A stretch of 63,989 nucleotides of DNA, filler included, from Folioceros fuciformis (taxonomy: Eukaryota), in assembly GCA_049999805.1 (NCBI GenBank). It is 13 parts of 13 records of this genome, joined end to end, with 100 filler letters (N's around TTAATTAATTAA, not from the genome) between each part and the next. Parts side by side here need not be neighbours in the genome. Positions count along the whole stretch, not along the records: positions 39,356 to 54,568 come from JBNGIO010003067.1; 12 more parts are not named here. One strand, given 5' to 3'. How positions within the stretch are numbered: position 1 is the first letter of the stretch; the number at the start of each line of letters is the position of its first letter. The translations under genes and the position numbers were made by a program. This document shows positions 39,256 through 51,495 of this stretch, one piece after another. Below the pieces are notes generated by a model. That model was not told where the DNA came from and did not search any database. It worked only from the letters and a program-made list of their open reading frames with translations.

Positions 39256-40856
39256 NNNNNNNNNNNNNNNNNNNNNNNNNNNNNNNNNNNNNNNNNNNNT
39301 TAATTAATTAANNNNNNNNNNNNNNNNNNNNNNNNNNNNNNNNNNNNNNNNNNNNTTTTTTTTTTTTTTTTTTTCTCCTTATGAGTTTTTCCAAGTTAAT
39401 GACTAGATTTACTCCCATAACCATGATGTTGTTTTCATTTATTAAATGATCTTGGCCTTATGTTGATGCTTGACTAAGATTAGTTTTTTAGTTCTCTCTT
39501 TTAATAGAAAGTAGAATATTCATTTTCATGGTCATAATTATCATCCTTTTAGTCTTGCTCATGAAGCAATGATTATTAGCTTGTCAATTATTTTACTATT
39601 AATTGTTGATCATGTAGTTCGACCTATCCATTATGATGTAAGTCATCTCTTTAAGATTACTATTATTGTGTCTTTCTCCTCAAGATTAGCTCCAAACTAA
39701 CTCTTTTGCATCACCTATGTGAGTGGTAATCATATATATTCTTACATCTATAAATAGTAGAACTCATAGTAGATGTGATTATGGTCAAATTTCTCTATTA
39801 CTATAATAGTGTACTTGAAAATAATTATGGTTTTGGTCACAATAAAAAAAAATTAAAATGAAATGAATCTTAGCACTACCATCACCCCTTGTGTGCCTAA
39901 GTTTGCATCACATCCTTTATATGGTGCAAACCTGTGCCCTCATCTTTTGACGTGGCATGTTTATTTAAAATAAGATTTTTACACAAACATAAATGTGTGA
40001 AAAATATCATTAATTACATGTACAGGAAAAACAAACGTACATGTTCCAGTACACTCATTCTCCACTAAATGATTTTGTCTATTCATACTTATATAATGGT
40101 TTATGAGAAATGAAGTTTATCTTAACATATACTTAGAGCTACTGAAGATGTTGTTCATAATAATTGTCATCTAAGTCCATGATATGATCTGGTTGGCAAT
40201 GACTTGAAATTAATTAATGAGATGAAAGTTGGAAGATCCACCATCAAATTTTTCTAGCAAAGCCTTATGGTTATATCATAGTATTCTTTGCCTCTTCTCA
40301 AGTAAGAACTTGTCTTTCGAATCAATTGCTTATTGCACACTCTAGCACATTCATTCAATAAAGTGCTCCTTAAGACTATAGTACTATAGCATAATTCTAA
40401 ATTTTTGACCCTTGAGAACATGGAATCAATAGACCTATCTCATTCTCCTACACATTGGTGCACATCTTACATGAAAAATAGAATGGGGACAAGGGCAAAT
40501 ACCAAGTTTAGTGCATTGAAAACAAGTAGGTGAGGTGTACACAAATAACATTTAAGCTTGGCAATAACTTCATATGAATGAACTTTATCACAATCGTGAT
40601 ATTATCCCATAGATATATATTTTATTGCAAGAAGAGATGACCACATCTATGTACCTCAAAATGAGGAGGAATAATTTGAAGAGGGCCAAAGGTCAAAAAA
40701 AGGAGGACCAGCCCCTTCAAATACCACTCCTCTAATTACCTACCACTCCTTAGATGCCGTTGTGATTGGGAATAACAAAAGACCTTGTTGCCATCGATAT
40801 CAATGAAGCCACAAGGTCTACTCTTATTGCTATCCTAAAACCTGCATTGGCCGAAG

Positions 40857-41090
40857 CTCATTGGAGAATAAAGGAGATGCTTTGTCAAAAGAAAACCCAA
40901 CACTCATTAGAGACCCAATGTTCATTGGAGATAGATGGAGATGCATTGTCAAAGGAAAACCTAGCACTCATTGGAGAACAAAGATAAGTTGTCGAAAGAA
41001 GACCCATTGCTCATTGGAGATCAATGGAGATAAGTTGTTAGAAGAAGACCCGATGCTCATTGGAGAATGATGAAGACACGTTGTCGATAA
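40857..41090. repeat. Degenerate tandem repeat, about 45-bp unit, 5-6 copies
   Basis: Recurrent CTCATTGGAGA...GAT...TTGTC..AAGA..ACCC units. Confidence 0.75.
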
Positions 41091-44000
41091 AAGACTATTA
41101 GCAAGGAAAGAGGAGACTTTCATTCTTGTGGCTGTAATACACTCCATGGTAAGCCTTACAAAAGTCCACACCAGTAGTGCATGAGTTTCAAGAGCCAAGG
41201 GATATGAGTCCCGGAGAGTACTTGTGAACCTTCTTGCTGCACATCCCTTCACCTCCCGAACCGGAGGATAGGTTGATGACATGTTCATAGATGGATTCCT
41301 TGGTGGGATTTGTGAAAACTTCGTGGGTGATACAAACTTCCTCCCCTTCTTTAAAAAAATAAGGTCCTACATAACGTTAGCAAATATTTTTTAGGTTTTT
41401 TTTATGGATGCGTAAGTCTTCTCCAATTCTAAGAGGCCTGAATTAAAAAACGCAGTCTATTCTACTGTCCGATACCACAGTTCTGTAGCAATGGCAAAGG
41501 GTAATGGGATCATGCAGAAGCAAGGTTTAAGGCCGAGCCAACGGCTTTGAGGCGGGCCAAGTCGTGGACGAAGTCGAGCGAGGGTGGGTGTGTTTCTGAA
41601 GGGAATGGAGCCCCGTCCGGTACCGCCGGTGATAGCGAGCGCTTGCTTGATCGGCTCCCTGGACCCAGGTGCATCCTGGTTGATGAGGCCATCTTAATCG
41701 TCAATGAAGAAGGATTACCCACTGTATTCGTGGGGGCGAATAAAGTGGGTGACGAATACAGTGGGTAATCCTTCACACTTTCTCCTGGAATAGTCTCGCA
41801 ACTCATAGTGAGTCATATAAGTATGATCCAAGGCCCAGGGCCCGGTTCGGTTCCCCTAGGAATGTGGGCAAGCGTCATGAGATTCTCGGCAACCTTTTTT
41901 TGGTTTCAAATTTATGAGATTGTGCCGTGCTCAATGACGCTTATCAATCATGCAGCACCGCTCCTCTTGCTTTCTGCAAACTATCCCACCAGACCTCCGG
42001 CATTTGGGACCACCATTGCATGATGAATTGACCTCAAGATCTCATCTCCTGGATGAACCAATTGGCAGCCAGTTGTCGCGAAAAAATTCGTAAAAGGGCG
42101 GCTGTGTGGCCCATTGTAGCGCATCAACAATTGCACGTCGTCGAGCTTTCTGACGGAGGAAGGATAACTACAATCCAATCAGCTATAATATTGTATGTAT
42201 GCCTCCCCATTATTTTAGGAACATATCAGAAGCGATGGTCCTAGGCTGCCCGGGTACACAGAAGCATACGTGGACGCTCGCTCGCCACGCAAAAATGTAA
42301 GCTCGATAGTTATTAGTATGTCACCAAACGGTACAAGTTTGGACTCATCTACCCTTCCGTATCCTCGTACTGGAGCGAGGCACAAGCTTTGTTGAAGACA
42401 GGAAAGTGATTTGTAAGCCCCTTTCTGGAAAGCCCTTCCGTGCACATGTGTGAAAGCTAGAAATTGTGGAATTTTTACTTGCACAAAACCAAGGCCTACA
42501 GATCTTGCAACAAGGTTGGTCGGGAGGGACGGTGAACCCAGTTTATCTTGTGTTGGATACATGCTTGCCATTCTGACTCATCGTTGTGCTTACACGTCCT
42601 GTCATCTTCTATCTTAGCTACCAGGGTGAGCAAACGTTTGGCATCCACGAACTGAATGGGTAGGAGACACACAGCCAAGGACCAGGATTCCACATGCATC
42701 TCCTGTGTGTGAGGGAGACGACATGACGCACAGTCTCACACTCGTACTTCAGTTGCCCGCATTAGCACGGAGATTGGTCTGTCAGGCTTTGCCTTGGTGC
42801 ACGGGATATAGCAGGCCGGATGCCTCTGCAGTGGCTGCAGTACTGGCGCTTTTCCTTTTGCGAAGAAGCTCAGGCCTTCGTTACCTTGTTCAATACTCGA
42901 AGAGTCGGTATGGAGAGAGGCTTCCGTTGCTCCCAACTGCTGATAACAGGAGTTGAGCAAGTGGCGTGGAGGCCCCTGGTCCATGATATTACAGTCAAGC
43001 TCACCAGACGGAAAGACAAATTTAAATGCCGGCAACGAACAGTGGCTGTCCTCATCCATAGTTTCTTTCCTGCAATCATGTTCTCCGTCATGCCACCTCT
43101 GGGGCAGTGAGGACCCTGGTGACCGAAGCGTCGTCTCCAAGTTTCATTTGTTGGTGGTACAAACAGGCGCTGTGCCGACTTTCCGAACAGACTCCTCTTC
43201 GTCGCTGTCCAGAGTCTCCAAAGTCCACACCAACAGGCAGCCACACACTCTTTGAAGCAGTCTTGGACACCAAGAGTTGGTGTACGAGCACAGCCTTTGC
43301 GCCTCAGCAGTACCCGTCAAGCCATGTGCTTCTTCTTGTTCTTGTGCGTCCCAGTATTATCTGTTTTTTCTCTTTGATGCTACAAGGTGTGGGTCATTTG
43401 ATGTGTCCCTTGATGTCGATGCGTGTCCCTTGATGTCGATGCATGCCCACTCTCCAACGTGGAACAAGATCTACTCCGAGCACCGTATCCGACTGAGAGT
43501 GGACGACCGAGGGATCCCCTCCACGGCCGCATCGTCTATCCGCCGAGTGAATCCCTCCTGCTGCTAGTGGGGCTAAGCCCAGCACATAAACGTAAGAGCA
43601 AGACAAAAATGTGCTCCCCACCAAGGGGTGCTGTCGTCATGGGACCACCCTTCGAGCTGCCTGTGGCCACACAAAATCAAGAGCCCGGAGTCGGCATATA
43701 AAAAAAGCAACGGCTGGCTGTGAGCCAGTGCGCATGCCAACCTCAGGTCTTCCTCCTCCCGCCCCGTGTTTCCGACGGTTGAATCGTTCCAACTGAGGTA
43801 ACATCTTCCCAGCTCGGCTGTGTGCAACATGTTATCATCAGTACCCGTGCCTTGGAATGTGCTCCTTTATCGCACCCCGGTGAGTTGCGGGCCACATATC
43901 CTCCTGCCTGGGACCAGCAGCTGTGCCCGGCACGTGAGCTTCCCTTCCCACTTTCTCCTTCCCACGTTATGGCAGCATCCTCATCTCTAAAGCCGCCCAC

Positions 44001-45836
44001 AACGATACATGTGTCCGTCCACACCTCATGCACATTCAACGCACCGACTCCACGCCAGAGCAGGATACATCACATCTTATAGGTTTTAGTTCTCCCACAA
44101 TCCGACGCGATCCATTTTTCCCTGCGACCTGCTCCAGAGGCCGCAAAATCAGGACGAGGCGCTGGGCACCCATTCATTGATTCGGTACCCATTGGAGCAA
44201 TTGCCCGAATCCTCCCTTCCTCAAAAAGGCATTCACAGTCATGACCATGGCCATGGCCCCAGCCCTAGAGTCAGGACAAGTTAGCGCAGCCTCGGCTCTT
44301 GCAGGCCAATCAGCACTCCGCCTCCAACCTGTACGCCGCATAATGTACATGCTGTCTGTGCGCAGTCGGTCAGTCGTCCACTCGTCAATCACAAGCGGTG
44401 GAGTGTCGGACAAACAGCGTGTTACGACAGCCTGATGCCGCCCGCGTTCCTGGGGAAACCACGTCTCCTCGTCCAGAGGCACCGCTGTTTTCTCATCACC
44501 CTCGTCGGCCGGGCAGGGACAAGCCCAAGGCCAACGCCAACTCACGGCTGCGGGATATTTACATTTGACAACTCGCATCCTCCGTGCAGGATGGGTCGTG
44601 GCAAGTCCTCAGTCTCCCAAACCCAGATACTTGACAAACGTCGGCGGGGTACCACCTGTCTACACAAAATCTTGTGGCCATGGTCCGCACAGTTGGAAAA
44701 CATGAAGCACCGCCTAAGGCTGCCGTTTCAGAGGTAACGTGGCCATGTCCATTTTCATAAACCCTCTTCTTGAGCCGTCCTTAGTTGAGCACTAGCCAGG
44801 CGCTGCAGGGACTGTCTGATGGGAATCTTCGCCATCGCACCGCGTCATTACGCACATGGTAAGATTACCAGGAGGTGATGGTACTGTCGTCCCGACATCT
44901 TCCTCCCGGATCCCGTTCTCTTTGCCGTTCCCGTTCCCATCCCCGTTCCGCGTGAGCCTAGAACGGCCCAACCGGGGGTTCCCTCGAGAGTCGGGAATCC
45001 GGACTCGGGAGTGGTGGCTGGAGTTCACGTCCAGTTCAGTGTGCCTTGTTGGGTGGCGACCACTCGGTTCGAGGTTTGGTTTGTAGCGGCACCTCGGAGC
45101 TCGAATATATGTATGTGGACGAGTGTCACCATGATCCTTAGGCCAAGGTAGATGTGAGATAGTGTATGGGAGTAGGTAACACATAGTGGCTGGAAACGGC
45201 AGCCTCGGGGTACTGACACTGTCAGGCCTCACAGGCCGGGCCAAGGGACCCGCCAGGGGGCCACCCGTTTTCTGCAGCCGTTAAACTAAGTGAGGGTTAC
45301 CATTAAACGTGGATTAAAAAACGCTCCTACACCGACCTCCCTGCGTCCAACCTGCCCACATGGCTCGCCGTCAGTTGCAGGCGGTCCCGCCTTTTTGACA
45401 AATCGGCGGCAACTGGAACATCACTCTCCCCGCACCGCTTCGTCATCGTCCAGTTTGGCTGCTACCTCCGCCATGTACGCGTCTCGCACCTTCCCCGCAG
45501 GTGGCTTCCGCCTGTCCGGTTCCGCCTAGGGTTTGCTGCTTCCCGACTTATACGCATTCCCTCTCTCCATTTCAGATCACTCTGCGACGTCTGACACACT
45601 CTCCGGCTCAGCGGTCTCTCGCTCTCACTTGCGCTTGCTGCTCTCGCTCGTGCCTGTGCCCGGCCTCTTGTTGTGTAGCAATTCAAGGCGTGTGCGTCTG
45701 CGTGTGACTCGACTGTGCGTGTGGCGTCGAATTGAGTCGATCGACATCTGGCGGCCTGAACTTATTTTGAAGGAACTTGATTCCGCGTTTTGGTTTTGCG
45801 ATTGTTCGAAGCTTCCGTAGCGGCAAATCGGCAGAC

Positions 45837-46418
45837 ATGTTTGGATTCGTGAACAAGATTCTCAAGAGTCCGGTGTCGGTGACGAAGTTGAAAGGAGACG
45901 GCCCCGGCTCGGGAAACGGAGTTGTGACTGTGCTGCTGAGCCATGGGGAGGTTCTGGAGTTCCCGTGCAGAATGAAGTGCTCCGGGTTGCTGGCGGCATA
46001 CCCCGGCCACACCGTGTGCCACGCAACCGCACTGGTGCTGCACCAGCAGGTGAAAATGCTCTCCAACGATGCTTATCTCGAGGAAGGCGAGATCTACTTC
46101 CTGCTTGCCAAACCTGAGGCTGGGCCGAAATCGGTGAAGAAGGCGTCCAAGGGGAAGCTTGAGACTTCGTCTTTGCTTACAGAGGAGCGGTCTTCCCGGG
46201 CCGGGCAGCAGTCTCAGGGCAGCTCTTCGGTGAAATTTGTCATCTCGAAACAGTACTTGGCCAAGATTCTGGAGGAGGGGAGCAGGCGCGGAGCGCGTCT
46301 CACGCGGAGTGAGACGAACCCTCAGGCTAAGGCCTTGCAGCCCCTGGCGGTCAGGCGGCTCCAGCCGAGCAACACCTGGTCGGGGCCCCTGGAGAGCATT
46401 GCAGAAGTCGCGTCTTGA
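45837..46418 (+). CDS. DUF4228 / PADRE family protein (single exon)
   Basis: GEVLEF..LLAAYPGHTVC..LEEGEIYFLL, internal VKFVISKQYLAKIL and C-terminal WSGPLESIAE, all typical of this family. ATG at 45837. Confidence 0.85.
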   Translation: MFGFVNKILKSPVSVTKLKGDGPGSGNGVVTVLLSHGEVLEFPCRMKCSGLLAAYPGHTVCHATALVLHQQVKMLSNDAYLEEGEIYFLLAKPEAGPKSVKKASKGKLETSSLLTEERSSRAGQQSQGSSSVKFVISKQYLAKILEEGSRRGARLTRSETNPQAKALQPLAVRRLQPSNTWSGPLESIAEVAS

Positions 46419-49279
46419 GCGGGGTGTTGCTCCGGTTCCGGACTTGGTTTCCTCCGTCGGGCAGGTATTACGTTTCGGAGGGCGTGTGCTTCTTAGCGGG
46501 TTTATCTGCTGTCGCTGCCGACCTTGCATCGGGAATACATCGGCCCTTGGGTACTCTGTTCAGGAGTGGAGGTATCCTTCTCTTTGTTGCTAGAGATTTC
46601 CATGGCCCCGTTCGAGCCTCGCTCTGTTGAGCCTCCTGCCTTGGGTGCCAGGGAGGCGCTTGTCTGCCGTTCGCGGACGCTGTATATCATGGTAGTATTC
46701 TCAGAGTCCCTAGTCTGTTTCCTTTTATGTGGGCAGATCTTTGAGGTAGGTAGTTGCTTACTGTTGCAGGTATGCTTGCCACACACTAGAGGGCTGTGTC
46801 GTATTTATGTCCTTGAAGTCACCAGTGGTGGCGAGAGTCTTGTAGTCGCCTGTCTAGGAGGGATAGCAGCAGGCAGATAGAGAGCAAGAGGAGGAGGAGG
46901 AGGATATGGGCAGCCACGAGCACGGAGTTTGCCGCTCGGATTTAGCAGCGTATGTAGGAAGCCAGGGTTGTACCAGAGGAGGCGGAGTTCGGTTCGAGAG
47001 CACTACTAGCTTGTCGATCTCCTTGAAAGTGTTCGCACGCGGACTACGACACGGTCCTGCGCGACTTAGATGCACGGAGGCCTAGGGAAGTGACTGTATA
47101 ATATAATTTTCATTTTCTGTTGATACCCAGCGCACATACTGAGTGCAGTGGGAACATGGAATTCGGCTGTGACTGAACTTGTAACTTGAGTATCTAGCAA
47201 CACAGTGTGGGAATCATGTGTGCACCACTGCAACAGAGTACCTCGGCTTCCATCTTTACTCCCTTTGTGTCTGCTAGATCCTGCCGAAAGGATACCTGGC
47301 CATGAATTTTGTCTACTTCCCTTGCTTATTCTCTACCCAACGATAGGGCAGCGATGTCGGCTATCTCCAATTCAAATGAAATGTGGATGGTACAGATCGA
47401 TCACACTTGCACGAAACTAGAGTAAGAATGGTGTAATTCCCTCAGAAAGCTACCGAATAATTCGATGAATTCTTCACTCACAGGATGTGTGACTCGTATC
47501 GGCCAATTCCATCGACCGGTAAGTTTGGACTTGCAAAATTTAGTAGTTCAGCGGCGTACATCCCGAGCCGTCGATGCGACCGACAAGCGGTGCGAGTTAG
47601 GGGGGGGGAGTGTTTGGCCATAGCCCACCACAGCGGTTCGTCAATGCAGAATTCTGTAAACGAGTCGTTTGATCGCAAGCCCTCTTTCTCAGATTACGTT
47701 CGTTTAGTTGATTCAACTTTCAGCATTGGCACACCTTATCCCAGCGCGTCGTCATCGGAGAGATTTCAATTTTGGAGGGCCAGTCAGATAGGTAGTCGGC
47801 ACACGATGTTACAAGTTACCGAGCACATATGGTATCCTGTTCCATCCAAGGAGACTAGAATAATCTTCGTCTAGCACCCATGTTCCATCAAGTGGAGTAG
47901 AATGGTCTGCTCCTGCCACAGCTCCTCAGAAATATGCGCAGATATGCGCAGAACTTTCATACGCCATTGGACATCAATACAGTTGGTCGTAACTGAAAAT
48001 ATTTGATAGGGGCAAAAAGTCGCGGGAGTCGTGGATGACTCGACACATGAATGTCAAAGTCCGTCAGCAATCCGCTAGTTTATCCTCGCCAGTATATTCC
48101 CCAATCGTACTCAGTATGCGCGTACACGAAAATGAAAAGATGAACAACAGCATACGATACAATTTCACCAAGGGTTGGATTCAGGCACTCCCGATTCGCC
48201 TACGGGTCATTTTTACTAGCTGGGGTCCCACGGCTCGAGTTTGTCCGCCAACGTGTACGACAAGAAGCACATACGTATAGCAACATTGCCAATCCGAGTT
48301 AATTAAATTTGCATCTCCTCCTCCCTTAAATTGGAGACGACAAGCACCAAGGAATACCATCCATGCTGGGATGCCTTGGGGTGGATCATAGGATAGGGCA
48401 GCAGGGCAGCGTGGTTCGGGGATGGTCAAGCTACTCAAAAGGCAAAATAAAATATCAAGTTATGTTGAAAGAATAAGGTAAAATAGTTAAGATGCATAGA
48501 GGTAATATGACATGGAATGGTCAAGCTATGTACCTCGCTTGAATAACACTAGTTATGTATCTCACTTGAATAATATTACTTTAATTTCTTTATAATTTTA
48601 TTTTTAGATAAATTTTCTATCTTATTTTTTTATAAAGTTTTAACTATGAAACATAATCACACTTATCACTTGAAATTATACAAGAATAGCCTAATTCCAT
48701 AAGGGATAAGTTATGAGATGCCAAAATTATAACTTAGAAACGATGGAATGTAGGTGAATAGTAGCTTCAATGAATACCAGGGATGGTTGGAATTTAATTT
48801 AGTAGCAATGTAACCATTTGATATAATTGAATCATATGCCCACATCAAAATCTTCCATATCTCTTATAAAAAAAATTTATAATTATATTAGAATAATAAT
48901 AAGAAATAGATAAAATGATAAACTAAGTTTACATGGAACTTGACATTAAAATTGTGAGGAAAATCTTTCTTTGAAGTTACTAATGCTAGACCCTAAGATT
49001 AGGTTGCTTGGGCTTTGTTCCGTTTTCTTCCCAAGTGGTGTTCTTGATGCTCATGGGGAAGGTGTCTCATGCCATTATGAGGTGGCTTTTTGCCTTTGTT
49101 CTTTTTCGTTCTTCAGATTGGCAGGGCCTTCAAGAGAAGTCTAGTTGTGCCACTCGGGTTCGGTTGTGTTCTACTAACGCATTGTCACGCAACAATTGAC
49201 CCACTTGGGTTCTTGTCTTCATTCTCCAAATCTACAAATCAAGTAGTTAAAATTAAATTTTGGACCTTCATTTTCTATA

Positions 49280-50135
49280 CCGTATTTGAAAGTTTCATTT
49301 TCAATCAAGTAAACTTTCTTAAACATCTTGACTTAATTGCAGGATTGCGCTACTAGACAAGTGCACCTGCACTAGAAAACTTCATTTCCAATCAAGAAAA
49401 CTTTCATAAAAATACTCACTTAACTATAAGAGTGTACCGGCATAGTTGCACTTGAAAATTTTATTTTCAATCAAGAAAACTTTTAAAATATACCTTCTTA
49501 ACTTTAGAAGTAAGTCGGTCTACCGGCACACATGTACTTGAAAACTTCATTTTCAATCAAGAAAAACTTTCTTAAACATACCTTCTTAACTGCAGGATTA
49601 TGCAAGTCTGCTGGTGCGCCTGCACTTGAAAAGTTCATTTTCAATCAAGAAAATTTTATTAAACATATAGACTTAATTTCAAGGGTGCGTCGATCTATCA
49701 ACACACTCGCAATTTAAAACTTTATTTTTAATGAAGACAACTTTCTTAAACGTACTCACTTAACTCTAGGAGTGCGCCGGTCTATCAGCGCATGTGCACT
49801 TGAGAAAATTTATTTTCAATCAAGAAAACCTTCTTAAACATATTTACTTAACTGCAAGAGAGAACTGGTCTACCGACGCACTCGCACTTGAAAACTTCAT
49901 TTTTTGTCAAGAAAACTTTCCTAAACATATTCACTTAACTACAGAAGTGAGCCAATCTACTACTGCACTCGTACTTGAAAAACTTTATTTTCAATCAAGA
50001 AAACTTTCTTAAACATACTCACTTTAATTCGAGGAGAGTGTCGGTCTACTTGTGCACCCACATTGTAGGAGTGCGCTGGTAGACCAGCGCACTTGGACTA
50101 CAAGAGTGTGATGGTAGACGAGTGTATCTAGACTA
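49280..50135. repeat. Tandem array of an 88-bp unit (9 copies) carrying the 26-bp palindrome, plus 2 extra palindromes
   Basis: TTCATTTTCAATCAAG recurs at about 49293, 49381, 49460, 49546, 49633, 49721, 49809, 49896 and 49984. Each unit carries a decayed GAGTGCGCCGGTCTACCGGCGCACTC. Confidence 0.92.
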
Positions 50136-51495
50136 CTTGTTTTTTAATTTTTGAATTGAGGAATTGAAGCACTAGTTAGTATAGATAAATAAAATGAATA
50201 TGATATATAAGATAAATAAAAGATATAAGATATATAAATTGAATAAATAGACATGTCCACGCACATAATGTTTTCAGAAATTGGTAAAAAGTGGATACAA
50301 AGCTAGGATCATACCAATGGTAGAAAGAGCCAAATGAGCTTTATGGAATCTAACCGTTTTGCTTAGACCTTGTTGCTTCTTAAAAGAAACCTTTTGCGCG
50401 GTCTTTCTTGAGAGTGCGCTCAAGTTGCTTAGACTGTCCAACTTGAGCCAATGGCTCTGGCATCCAAGGTGACCAAGATGGCATTACATGGCCTTTCATC
50501 CAATGTTGGGATCCCTTATTTTATAGGAGGTCCGAATTTTCGTCGCAGAAGAGCCTTGTTGTCTGGATAGGGTGGTATTTGGGCAAGCCCTTACATTTGC
50601 CTTACTTTTGTTAGATGATGTTAGGGATAATCAATAACCATCTTCGTGACTACTTTTACCAGCGGAACTTTGTAGTGGTCTTGTAAAGCTATTTCTTGGC
50701 GGCTGTAATTGTAGAGGGGGGGGGGGGGGGTTCCCCCTATGTTTCACAAGTTCTAGGTGCTAGTATATTACTAGCCATAAAGAAGGCCACTCCTGAGGTG
50801 TGTTCACAGATGCTTACTTGTGGCTCATTAGTCAAAGTGTTGTTATTCAAATTCGGAAGGATTTCTAGTTTCATCTCATTCCTCACCAATTCAAGATTAT
50901 GTTTCTAAGAGGCTGCGAATTGATCGTGTTTGGGGGTTTGATGGTTCTTGAGTCTCACTCAGACTAGATAGCTCTACAGGTAGATGTAGAAAATGCCTAC
51001 AACATAATATACAAGGCAGTTATCTTTGATGAGCTTTTCGGCACTGGTGGGTAGTTGGTGAGCCTCATTCCTTTTGTTTGTTCCTTCTATGGGTCGCCTT
51101 CCATTCTCTACTACTAGTATAACAGGGTCTATGCCTAACGGTTGTATTCCATGAAGCCCGTTTGGCGCACTCTTAAATTTACACCATCCTAGGCACATAT
51201 CCATCTTTAAGCTGGTTTTAAAAAACCGTATTGTTTGGACGTGTGTTGGACATAACCCATAATCATAAATAACTAAAACACCACATGCGTACTGAAACAT
51301 GAAGTAGAAGACTGAAAACGTTTCAGCAAAAATCCAAATCGTCCTTCGAGTGCGCCGGTCTACCAGTGCACTGAACAGTGTGTTTCACTAAAATCAATCT
51401 GGCTATGTGCATGCTATGAATAAAAAAACTTTACCAGTAAAATTTAAATAAAGGCATATTGTACCACAAACTGCAAGCACTTTCAATCTACTTCT

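Noticed and set aside
49280-50135. CRISPR-like array (regularly spaced palindromic repeats)
   Set aside because: The sequence between palindromes is itself repeated, so there are no unique spacers. No cas genes; eukaryotic context.
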